Shown here: piece after piece, positions 1-7,590 of the stretch
How the letters are laid out: each line of letters opens with the position of its first letter
Position numbering within the stretch: the stretch's first letter is position 1
Assembly: GCA_035534695.1 (NCBI GenBank)
Contig: DATLRN010000043.1
Coordinates: 31 to 64,030 of the forward strand
Direction: 5' to 3'
Source: Candidatus Dormiibacterota bacterium
Lineage (GTDB): Bacteria; Chloroflexota; Dormibacteria; Aeolococcales; Bog-877
Length of the DNA: 64,000 nucleotides
Program-made: the position numbers and the translations under genes
Notes under the pieces: model-generated
Database searches by the model: none
The model's input: only the letters and a program-made list of their open reading frames with translations
What the model was told of the DNA's origin: nothing

Positions 1-1
1 G

Positions 2-121
2 GCCCTGGTCGCGGCCGGCGTCACCGAGTTGCTGAGCCGCGAACCGTCGTTAGAGGAGCCGTTTCTGGCGCAAGACGGAGCGGACGGCAAGAAGCCTGAC
101 ATGATTAGCGATGCAAGCTGA
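2..121 (+). CDS. ABC transporter ATP-binding protein, C-terminal end (5' part lies outside the window)
   Basis: The frame starting at nt 2 reads ALVAAGVTELLSREPSLEEPFLAQDGADGKKPDMISDAS*. The PSLEEPFL-type ending is typical of ABC-2/DrrA-like ATPases. Stop TGA 119-121 overlaps the ATG at 111 of the downstream permease. Confidence 0.5.
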   Translation, partial: ALVAAGVTELLSREPSLEEPFLAQDGADGKKPDMISDAS

Positions 122-1758
122 AATTGTGGTAGAGGACCGCGCCCAGGTGGGTCGATGGCCCGGTACCGTCGTAGCTCGTCTGACAGCACGTGGAGCCGTC
201 CGTTCCGGAGTCATCTGGGGCTACATCTTCGGCATCGCCATCGCCTCTTCGGCTATCAGCTATTCCGGCATCTACCATACTCTGGTCCAAAGAGATGCCT
301 TGGCAGCCGCCTACGGCTCCAACCACGCGACGAGCGCCCTCTTTGGGGCCGCCCCGCAACTCCAGACGGTCGCCGGGTTCACCGCCTTCAAGATTTCCAT
401 GGCGCTCATGATCCTCGGCGCAGTGTGGGGCCTTTTGACCAGCACCAGGCTCCTGCGTGGCGAGGAGGAGAACGGTCGCTGGGACCTCCTACTCGCCGGT
501 CAGACGACCCGGCGGCGTGCTACCGCCCAAGCGCTCAGCGGCCTCGCCGCTGGGGTATTCACTCTTTGGGTATTAACCGGCCTCATCACCGTCGTGACTG
601 GTCTGGACGCGAAAGTGCAACTCGCGGCCGGTCCGGCACTCTATTTCTCCGGAGCCATGGTGGCCACTGCGGTGATTTTCCTGGCTGTCGGCGCTATCCA
701 CCAGCCAGCTCGGGGCGACGCGTCGCCAGGCCGTCTCCTATGCCGCGGCGTTCCTCGGAGTGAGCTATGCCGTCCGGATGATCGCTGACGCGGGCGTGGG
801 CCTGCACTGGCTGATTTGGGCTTCACCGCTTGGTTGGGTAGAGGAGCTCAAGCCTCTGACTGCGCCACAGCCGCTCGCTTTCTTGCCGATCTTCGCGTTC
901 ACCGCGCTAATGGCAGCCGGTGCAGTCCACCTCGCAGGTACGCGCGACATCGGGGCGAGCATAGTGCCGGATCGGTCAGCCACCCAACCGCACCTTCGAT
1001 TGCTATCCGGCCCTATCGGACTTGCGATCCGCATGATGCGACCCACCGTTCTTGGGTGGTGGGTGGCGATCGCGCTCTCGAGCTTCCTCTACGGGTTCAT
1101 TGCTAAAGCCACAGGGGCAACGATCTCGCAGTCCACAGTTGAAGGTCTGCGTTCCAAGCTCGGGGCACCCGGGGCGGGCGTCGATACGGTACTCGGTATC
1201 TGCTTCCTCTTTCTGGCCGCATTGATCGCGTTCGTCGCCGCTAACCAGATAACCGCGGCGCGTTCAGAGGAGTCCGGAGGTCGACTTGATAACCTCTTGG
1301 TCCGCCCGTTCTCTCGTTCATCGTGGCTCTGGGGACGGATCCGTGTGGCGGTCCTCGTCATATTGGTGGACGGCCTGACGGCGGGCATTTTCGCCTGGTT
1401 GGGCGCGGCAAGTCAGCATTCTGACGTGAGTCTCATGACATTGCTGGCAGCTGGCCTGAATATCGTCCCACCGGCGATCACGATCCTGGGCATCGGAGTA
1501 CTGGCGCTCGGGATATGGCCCCGCGGCGCTTCGATCCTTGTCTACAGCTTGCTGGGGTGGTCTCTCTTCGTCGTACTCATCGGCGGTATACGTGTCACTA
1601 GCCACTGGGTACTCGACACTTCAGTGTTTCACGATATGGCGTCCGCTCCCGCGGTGCGTCCCAACTGGGAAGCAAATGGAGTCATGGTCTCCGTCGGCAT
1701 CCTGGCTGCTCTTCTCGGGGTGGTCGCGTTCACACGAAGAGACTTGCAGGGCGAATGA
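111..1758 (+). pseudogene. ABC-2 type exporter permease (~550 aa, two six-TM halves) interrupted by a 1-nt frameshift near 697-702
   Basis: ORF 111..788 is membrane-protein-like up to ...AVIFLAVGAI, then turns into Arg/Pro-rich nonsense. The frame of ORF 760..1758 is already open upstream and reads ...STSQLGATRRQAVSYAAAFLGVSYAVRMIADAGVG, continuing the same permease. The junction lies in gcgctatccaccagcc. Confidence 0.6.
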
Positions 1759-1817
1759 ACACGGCCTCCTAACGCCGCCCCTCCATTGCGAGATAGGTTC
1801 CACATTGTTCCCGCGGG

Positions 1818-1901
1818 CGAGCTATGGTCTGAAGCGAACTCAGATTCGCCAAAGCGCAGGGGTTTCTCAGACCCGTGCTCTACCAACTGAGCTACCTCGG
1901 C
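1818..1901 (-). tRNA. Degenerate tRNA-like sequence (probable tRNA pseudogene; anticodon loop CTGAGAA gives GAG)
   Basis: The minus strand reads GCCGAGG TA GCTC AGTTGGTA GAGC A CGGGT CTGAGAA ACCCC TGCGCTTTGGCGAA TCTGA GTTCGCT TCAGA CCATAGC. The acceptor 5' strand, D-arm and anticodon arm are near-canonical. The T-loop is non-canonical, and the 3' acceptor strand (CCATAGC instead of CCTCGGC) pairs at only 4-5 of 7 positions. Confidence 0.35.
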
Positions 1902-2539
1902 TTGAGGCTGTTTGATCCTGATTCTGGGCCGCTGGACGCTTCGGTTTTCCCGGCGCATGCGGGAGCAGCCTGCCCCCTGCCTGATGCGAATCGTGCCAGG
2001 TTGTTTGAGAGGCCGAGCGGGGCCAGGTGCACGAGCGTGTTGTAAGTGATGAAGGCGATCGAGAGGTGCATCACCATCAGAACGCCTACTCCGCGGATCG
2101 GTTCACCGCGGACCAGAATCCACAGATCCGGCAACCAAAGAACGAGCGTCACAAGGACGGCCAGTCGGAGGAACAACCAGCGTGGCTGAGACGAGATACG
2201 GGCGACGACTGGCCAACCGACGCAGGCGATGGTCACGCCGATGAGCGTCAGCTTCCCGTAGTCGGTCGGCTGGAAGTGCACGAATCCTAGCGTGGAGGGG
2301 AAGATCGTCGTCCCGATAGCGACGAGGATCGCATTCGAGATCAGCGAACCCACGTCTGCGACGACCAAGGCCAGCATCCAGCGAGTCCAAGATGGCGGCT
2401 CGCGGCGCACGTCAAGGTCAACCTTGACGACTTCGAGCCAGCGCCGGACTTCTGGGGGAATCCCGTCGAAGACTTCCTCCGCGAAGCCGAGCAGGGGACC
2501 TCCGTGCGCTGGACGCTCAGATGAAGGCCATTCTGACAT
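1892..2539 (-). CDS. Integral membrane protein, four predicted TM helices, function unknown
   Basis: This is the internal ATG (cat at 2537-2539) of ORF 1892..2740. From MSEWPSSERP... it contains hydrophobic segments WMLALVVADVGSLISNAILVAIG, LTLIGVTIACVGWPVV, LFLRLAVLVTLVLWLPDLWIL and GVGVLMVMHLSIAFITYNTLV. The N-terminal 67 codons of the long ORF look non-coding. Confidence 0.5.
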   Translation of the reverse strand: MSEWPSSERPAHGGPLLGFAEEVFDGIPPEVRRWLEVVKVDLDVRREPPSWTRWMLALVVADVGSLISNAILVAIGTTIFPSTLGFVHFQPTDYGKLTLIGVTIACVGWPVVARISSQPRWLFLRLAVLVTLVLWLPDLWILVRGEPIRGVGVLMVMHLSIAFITYNTLVHLAPLGLSNNLARFASGRGQAAPACAGKTEASSGPESGSNSLKPR

Positions 2540-3016
2540 CCCGCACACGATAACGGCTGAGGGTAAGCCCGTCGTTGGGCGAACTGGCCAGAGGCCATGC
2601 CCATACATCTTCACCTTCGCCCAGGGACCTTGGAGTGGGCTCTCGGCGTACCGCAGGGCGCTGAAGCTGCTTGGATACGCTCCGCAAGCCGCGCCGCCCG
2701 GCCAGTGGCCGTCCTGGTGGTCATGGCCGCTGGTCGACACCTGGGGCCAGCAAATGGTCGACGGCGCCCAGCGAACTTCGCGGCTCTACACGACCGCTTG
2801 GGTCCGTCGCTACGTGGCTAGCTGGAGAGCTCGATACGGCCAGAGCAGGATTACCCTGGTCGTCGACGCCCAATGGCTGGATCGCATCGGCGAGGCCCAG
2901 CCGACCTTCGCGGTCCCTCGCCAGAGGGATGGAAGAAGCCAGCGGGCGCGCCCGCCTACTTTCCGTGTCGCGGTTGAGCCCTATGCGCCCCACGAACTGG
3001 CCTGGCTCGGACGCGG

Positions 3017-3502
3017 CTAACCTCGCAGAACCCACATCTCGCGGTCGCTGGCGAAAACTGCTACTGCCAATCCGAACACACCCAGGTCCCGGGCTACGAT
3101 GTCGGAGACGCCTCCGGTGAAGGAGAGTGATAGGACTATCTCGAGGAGCAGCAGGGCGCTGACCCCAGCCGCCAGTCGAGCGGCGACACCGAGCACCAGC
3201 GCTACCCCCAAGACGGAGAGAAGCCAGCCGTGCAGCAGCACCATGGCCAGTGCGAGGTGCGACGTCTGGGAGATGATTGGTACATAGCCGGTCCACTGAC
3301 TAGGTTGGAACAACTCGTGCATTCCGAACCAGAGCAGGACCAGCCCGAGGGAGACGCGCGCAGCGGTTGGTGCCCAAGCACGGACCGTTTCAACGGGGTT
3401 AGCACCAGCGGCACGGGCATCCATCTCTGGGCGAGCAGTGACTACGGCGGTCCCGCCTCGGGCGGCGAGTCTGTGCGCTCGGTTTCTTCGCGCCATGTTC
3501 AC
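3017..3502 (-). CDS. DoxX-family membrane protein
   Basis: SLGLVLLWFGMHELFQPSQWTGYVP...LLHGWLLSVLGVALVLGVAARLAAGVSALLLLEIV is the typical DoxX TM pattern. The start overlaps the stop of the upstream ORF by 4 nt. The true start may be an internal Met. Confidence 0.7.
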   Translation of the reverse strand: MNMARRNRAHRLAARGGTAVVTARPEMDARAAGANPVETVRAWAPTAARVSLGLVLLWFGMHELFQPSQWTGYVPIISQTSHLALAMVLLHGWLLSVLGVALVLGVAARLAAGVSALLLLEIVLSLSFTGGVSDIVARDLGVFGLAVAVFASDREMWVLRG

Positions 3503-4047
3503 TGCACCACATGGCCGGAGGCATCGGTCACCACCACGCCGTCGTCGCCGAAGCTGTACTCGGTATCGCCCGAGTCGTCGCCCAGGTTGGCCTCGATAAA
3601 GTAGACGCGGTCCGTCGCGGGATAGGTATTGCTGCGCACTGACTGAGTACTCCCGGAGGCATATAGGGTGAACTCCACGGAGCTCCCGGAAAGCCGGGTA
3701 GTGTAGGTGAATCCTGCCAACGCCTGGCGAGTGCTAGGGCTGGGACTCCCAGGGTAGAGCTGGTAGGTGTACGAGGCGTACGGCGTCGATGACAGCAGCG
3801 GCCCGGGAGTCCCGGACGCTCTCGGAGTCGCCGATGGCGAGGCCGCAGCGCTCGGACTCGCCTTGGGGGTCCCCCCTGAAGTATTCGCACTCGGACTGCC
3901 GTGCCCCGTCGAGATCCCGCCCGATCCGCCGACAACCAGGGACCCGGGATTGCTATAGCCGTGAACGGCCAGCAGGGCGGCGGCTACCGCGGCCACCGAC
4001 ACTGCGAGCCCGCCGCGCCGACCGACCGTGTCACCTGCGATTCGCAC
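3499..4047 (-). CDS. Membrane-anchored or secreted protein of unknown function (N-terminal signal anchor, Ser/Pro/Gly linker, beta-rich C-terminal domain)
   Basis: MRIAGDTVGRRGGLAVSVAAVAAALLAVHG is a signal anchor. It is followed by a low-complexity linker and then YTYQLYPGSPSPSTRQALAGFTYTTRLSGSSVEFTLYASGSTQSV...YFIEANLGDDSGDTEYSFGDDGVVVTDASGHVV. The ORF is translationally coupled to the DoxX gene. Confidence 0.55.
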   Translation of the reverse strand: MRIAGDTVGRRGGLAVSVAAVAAALLAVHGYSNPGSLVVGGSGGISTGHGSPSANTSGGTPKASPSAAASPSATPRASGTPGPLLSSTPYASYTYQLYPGSPSPSTRQALAGFTYTTRLSGSSVEFTLYASGSTQSVRSNTYPATDRVYFIEANLGDDSGDTEYSFGDDGVVVTDASGHVVQ

Positions 4048-4923
4048 CTGGCAGATCCTCCTGGGCTCCCCGGGCAGATGATAACGGCAGACCGCGAAGC
4101 TTTCGGCGAGGCGCCCGTCTGTGGCACTGTAACGGGCCCTGGCGCTTGAGCCGCGAGGTTGGACGCTGGACCAGTGCGGCTCCCGGAGCCTTCCGGGCCA
4201 GCCTCCGGCGGTTCGTTAGGCTCAGAGGTCTCTGAGGGCGACCTCGAGTGCTCCGCTTCGGGGCTAGGATCTTTGGGTGGATTGCCGTGCGAGGCTTTGG
4301 ACTGTCGGAGCGCTCGCACTTCTGACTGCGACCATGATCGCTGGATCTGGCGCACCCGCCTTGCAGCGGACCAAGGTGACTCCACGCATTGCGCCGCCGG
4401 TGCCCCGCCGCCCGGCACCGACGTAGACGCGATCGCTACCTCCCCGGCCGCCCTGTTTAGCCACCAGCTCGCCCTGTGGCCGTATGGGGCGCGGTGGTCC
4501 GTCTTATCACTGGCACGGGTGACCGGGGCGGGGGTGGTGTCAATTTCGGGGCGCGGTAGGTGAGCGGAGTCGTCGGCGGAGTGAATAGGCGCTGCCCGGC
4601 GCTCGCCAGCTAGGACGCGGCCTCGGTTCCCAGGTGCTGGCTCAGATCTCTTGGCGATGCGCACGCTGACATGGTCGTAGATCACGATCGGTATCCTCAC
4701 TGTGAGGAACAGGGTAAGTGGAACCCGCTGCGGGGCACGGCTTGCCGCGTCGAGCACATCCACATGGCCCCGCGTGGGCAGCGGGTCATGTCATCCAGAC
4801 TCCCACGTTCAATTCTGGCTGACGGCGCTGGCGGCTCCTGGGGGACCAGTTGACTACGGTGCTAGAAAGCGGGCGGACGACCGCTGGGTACGAGCCAACG
4901 TAGGGGTCAACCCCGGGTGTCCG

Positions 4924-4957
4924 CCTGATCTGGCATCTAGCCTGATCTGGCAGCTAG
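4924..4957. repeat. Tandem 17-bp direct repeat, two copies with one mismatch
   Basis: cctgatctggcatctag (4924-4940) is followed immediately by cctgatctggcagctag (4941-4957). It lies about 240 bp upstream of the ApbE operon start. Confidence 0.9.
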
Positions 4958-5195
4958 GTGGTATACCGCTGGAACTAGCGATCCCCGGCGGTAACTGGCG
5001 AGAAAGACTGACATCCCTTCTGGCCCGAACACGGCGACTTCCTGTGCCGCCACTTTGTGCGAAGCCGGGACTCGCTACAGGAACGTGGCTCAACTGGCTT
5101 GGAGTTCGAAGACGTGGCTTCTAGCCCACCAAGCCACAGTCACCTGTAAGGGAGTCCTCATCCGACTCCCAGGTTGATATTAGACCCTGGCTAAC

Positions 5196-5462
5196 ATGAC
5201 AAACACTGGCCGAGACGCCGTCGCACGCCGGGCTGCCGGAACAGCCTTGGTTAGCCGTCTGACCAAGTTGGGCGGAGTTGCTGCGATAGTCGCAGTTGGA
5301 GCGAGCGCCGCCGTAGTGGCTCACTCCCTGCCCGGCAGGTCAGCCCCGAGTGTAAGTCGCGTCAGTGGCTCTGCCCCGTCAACGTCCGCGCCCTTGGCCC
5401 CAATACCCGGTGGATCAACTAGTGCTCCTTCCGTTCCGGCCGTTACCTCGGGAGGCTCATGA
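5196..5462 (+). CDS. Small single-pass membrane peptide with a Ser/Pro-rich tail; first gene of the ApbE operon
   Basis: The 88-aa product is MTNTGRDAVARRAAGTALVSRLTKLGG, then TM VAAIVAVGASAAVVAHSL, then PGRSAPSVSRVSGSAPSTSAPLAPIPGGSTSAPSVPAVTSGGS. Its stop TGA (5460-5462) overlaps the apbE ATG (5459) in ATGA, and a GGGAGG SD for apbE lies inside its 3' end. Confidence 0.5.
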   Translation: MTNTGRDAVARRAAGTALVSRLTKLGGVAAIVAVGASAAVVAHSLPGRSAPSVSRVSGSAPSTSAPLAPIPGGSTSAPSVPAVTSGGS

Positions 5463-6463
5463 CGAGTGACTCACCGTGGCTTCCAATGCCCGCCCCCGAC
5501 CAAATGGCCTCCGCCAAGCGGGCCGCCTTCGGTTCCACCGCCCAGGTCGTAGCCCATCCCTCGGGGGTGCTCCCGGATGTCCTTCCCCTCGTGGACGCGG
5601 AGATCCTAGCGCTAGACATGACTGCCAGCCGATTCAGACGCGACTCTGAGTTAGACCAGCTCAACCGATCACTGGCAGCCGAGGTCATGGTGGGACCCCT
5701 GCTGGCGCAGCTGCTGAGGCTGGCGCTCCACTGGGCCGAGCGGTCCTCCGGGCTCCTCGATCCTTGTGTCGGCGCTGCAGTCATCGCCAACGGTTACGAG
5801 GGCGACTTTTCCGGTATGGCAAAGGACGGTCCTGGTCTGGTTCGACAGGCGCCGTGTGGGTTGAGCTGGAAGTCGGTCACGATCAGTGGCCAGACCGTAC
5901 GCCGACCTCCGGGGCTGGTGCTTGACCTCGGGGCGACGGCCAAGGCCTGGGGCGCCGACCAGATGGCCTCCGTGGCTGCTCAGACCGGAGCATCGGTGCT
6001 GGTGAGTCTCGGGGGCGATCTGGCCACCAGCGGACCGGAGCCTCCCGGGGGTTGGGTAGTGCGCATAGCCGACGACCACGAAGCGAGTGCACGCTCTCCC
6101 GGGCAGACGGTACGCCTGCGGGCACGGGCGCTAGCTACCTCTTCGGTGACGAGGCGCAGGTGGCGGCGGGCCGGAGTTGAGCTACATCACATCATCGATC
6201 CGCAGACGGGAGCTCCAGCGCAGGGACCTTGGCGGACAGTGAGTGTGGCCGCCGAATTGTGTTCAGAAGCCAATGCGACGGCCACCAGTGCGATCGTGGC
6301 GGGCGACGGAGCGGTGGGCTTCCTGGCGCCGTTTGGACTACCCGCGCGTCTCGTTTCCAGAGACGCGCAAGTCTTGCACTTTGGCGGTTGGCCCAGCGAC
6401 GGAGACGACCTGTCCCAGATCACGAGTTGGATGCGTGCACCAGTCGCGGGAGCGGCCCCGTGA
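5459..6463 (+). CDS. apbE: FAD:protein FMN transferase (ApbE family)
   Basis: The N-terminus FGSTAQVV...VDAEILALDMTASRFRRDSELDQLN and the core LDLGATAKAWGADQ...SLGGDLA...ALATSS...HHIIDPQTG are ApbE hallmarks. No obvious signal peptide or lipobox is present. Confidence 0.85.
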   Translation: MTSDSPWLPMPAPDQMASAKRAAFGSTAQVVAHPSGVLPDVLPLVDAEILALDMTASRFRRDSELDQLNRSLAAEVMVGPLLAQLLRLALHWAERSSGLLDPCVGAAVIANGYEGDFSGMAKDGPGLVRQAPCGLSWKSVTISGQTVRRPPGLVLDLGATAKAWGADQMASVAAQTGASVLVSLGGDLATSGPEPPGGWVVRIADDHEASARSPGQTVRLRARALATSSVTRRRWRRAGVELHHIIDPQTGAPAQGPWRTVSVAAELCSEANATATSAIVAGDGAVGFLAPFGLPARLVSRDAQVLHFGGWPSDGDDLSQITSWMRAPVAGAAP

Positions 6464-7590
6464 GCCTTGCCGTAGCAGCAACCGGTCCTTCAGCGCTCTG
6501 GTATCTCACCCGCGGCAGCGGACTGATTCTGCTGGTGATACTCACGGCGAGCGTTGCCATGGGGATTCTTCACAAGAGCGGCTGGACACCGTCGGGGTGG
6601 CCCCGCTTCGTCATGGGCGATCTCCATCGGAACCTGGCGCTCCTAGGCGCGGCACTGTTGGTGGTCCACATCATCACGGCCGAGCTTGACCCGTTTGCTC
6701 CCGTCGGCTGGCTCGCAGTTTTACTGCCCTTCCTATCCTCCTACCGTCCCGTCTGGCTCGGGCTGGGAACGCTGAGCGTCGACCTCTTGATTGCAGTTGT
6801 TACAACCAGTCTGCTCCGTTCCCACTTGAGTCTCCAAATGTGGAGGCTGGTCCACTGGTTCACCTACCTCGCCTGGCCGTTCGCCTTTCTTCACTCCCTC
6901 GGAACTGGCACCGACACTCGCCTGGGGTGGGCCTTTCTTCTCGATCTGCTGTGCCTAGCCGTCGTGGTGGGGGTGACCCTCTATCGAGTCTGGCGTCTCT
7001 CTGCGGTTACGCGCCTGTTGAAATGGTCGACGGTGGGCGTGGCTGGCGGTGCTGTGCTTGCGCTCACAGTCTTCGCTGCGGTCGGCCCACTGCAGGCGGG
7101 TTGGGCCCGGTCCGCCGGCACTCCGCTATCCCTGCTGGCGAAGAGTGGGGGTAGCGGTGCATCGAGCGCCGCACCAAGCCAGAGTGGGCAGCTGGCTCAT
7201 TTCGCAGGGACCTTCAGCGGCACGCTGGTTCCTCAGCAAACGGGCGCAGCGACCTCGATCGCGATCTCCGGGACTGTTCGTGGGGCACCGGGGGGAACGC
7301 TCACCGTGACGATAACGGGAGATCCGTTGCCCAGTGGAGGATTCAATGTGGCGTCGGGCACTGCGACCTTTCGGAGCGCCTCGACTGGACGCACCTACAG
7401 GGGGCAGCTGGCGGCTCTGTCGGGAGATGCGATGACCTTCAGTCTCGACGAAGGCGATGGCCAGTCGGTGGGTCTTCAGCTCAACCTCCAAGAAGCTAAT
7501 CAGGGTCCAGTTTCCGGGACCGTGGTGGTCGGCGGCGTGAAGACTCCCACACCCGCTACCGGATCAAGCGCGTCGAACGAGTCCGAGTGA
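6460..7590 (+). CDS. Ferric-reductase-like (YedZ/MsrQ-type, haem b) transmembrane protein with an extra Gly/Ser/Thr-rich C-terminal domain
   Basis: GTG 6460 overlaps the apbE stop in GTGA. ALWYLTRGSGLILLVILTASV..., conserved His-bearing helices (DLHRNLALLGAALLVVHI and VHWFTYLAWPFAFLHSLG), about six TM segments, and then ~170 aa (…KSGGSGASSAAPSQSG…TLTVTITGDPLPSGGFNVASGTATFRS…). The upstream 77 codons of ORF 6229 overlap apbE and are discounted. Confidence 0.8.
   Translation: MSLAVAATGPSALWYLTRGSGLILLVILTASVAMGILHKSGWTPSGWPRFVMGDLHRNLALLGAALLVVHIITAELDPFAPVGWLAVLLPFLSSYRPVWLGLGTLSVDLLIAVVTTSLLRSHLSLQMWRLVHWFTYLAWPFAFLHSLGTGTDTRLGWAFLLDLLCLAVVVGVTLYRVWRLSAVTRLLKWSTVGVAGGAVLALTVFAAVGPLQAGWARSAGTPLSLLAKSGGSGASSAAPSQSGQLAHFAGTFSGTLVPQQTGAATSIAISGTVRGAPGGTLTVTITGDPLPSGGFNVASGTATFRSASTGRTYRGQLAALSGDAMTFSLDEGDGQSVGLQLNLQEANQGPVSGTVVVGGVKTPTPATGSSASNESE

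Noticed and set aside
2540-3020. Possible gene relic on the plus strand (…WPLVDTWGQQMVDGAQRTSRLYTTAWVRRYVASWRARYGQSRITLVVDAQWLDRIGEAQP…)
   Set aside because: The Trp-rich segment vaguely resembles a glycoside-hydrolase core. I cannot name a family or find a credible start, and only about 160 codons are free of the neighbouring genes. The support is insufficient to call a feature.
3984-4763. 259-aa minus-strand ORF as a real gene
   Set aside because: It has no TM segment, motif or domain that I can recognise. It has a disordered Ser/Pro/Ala/Arg composition and many A/T-ending codons. It overlaps the start of the 3499..4047 gene. It is kept as a possibility under the finding for 4048-5195 but is not called as a feature.
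5160-5198. Promoter or leaderless-start call for the ApbE operon (ttgatattag…ctaacatg)
   Set aside because: TANNNT-like hexamers are present, but their spacing to the ATG fits neither a leaderless nor an SD-led model convincingly. The call cannot be supported from sequence alone.
6229-6459. N-terminal 77-codon extension of the ferric-reductase-like ORF
   Set aside because: It overlaps the 3' end of apbE in another frame and reads as Arg/Cys-rich nonsense. GTG 6460 gives the classic GTGA coupling and a sensible N-terminus.
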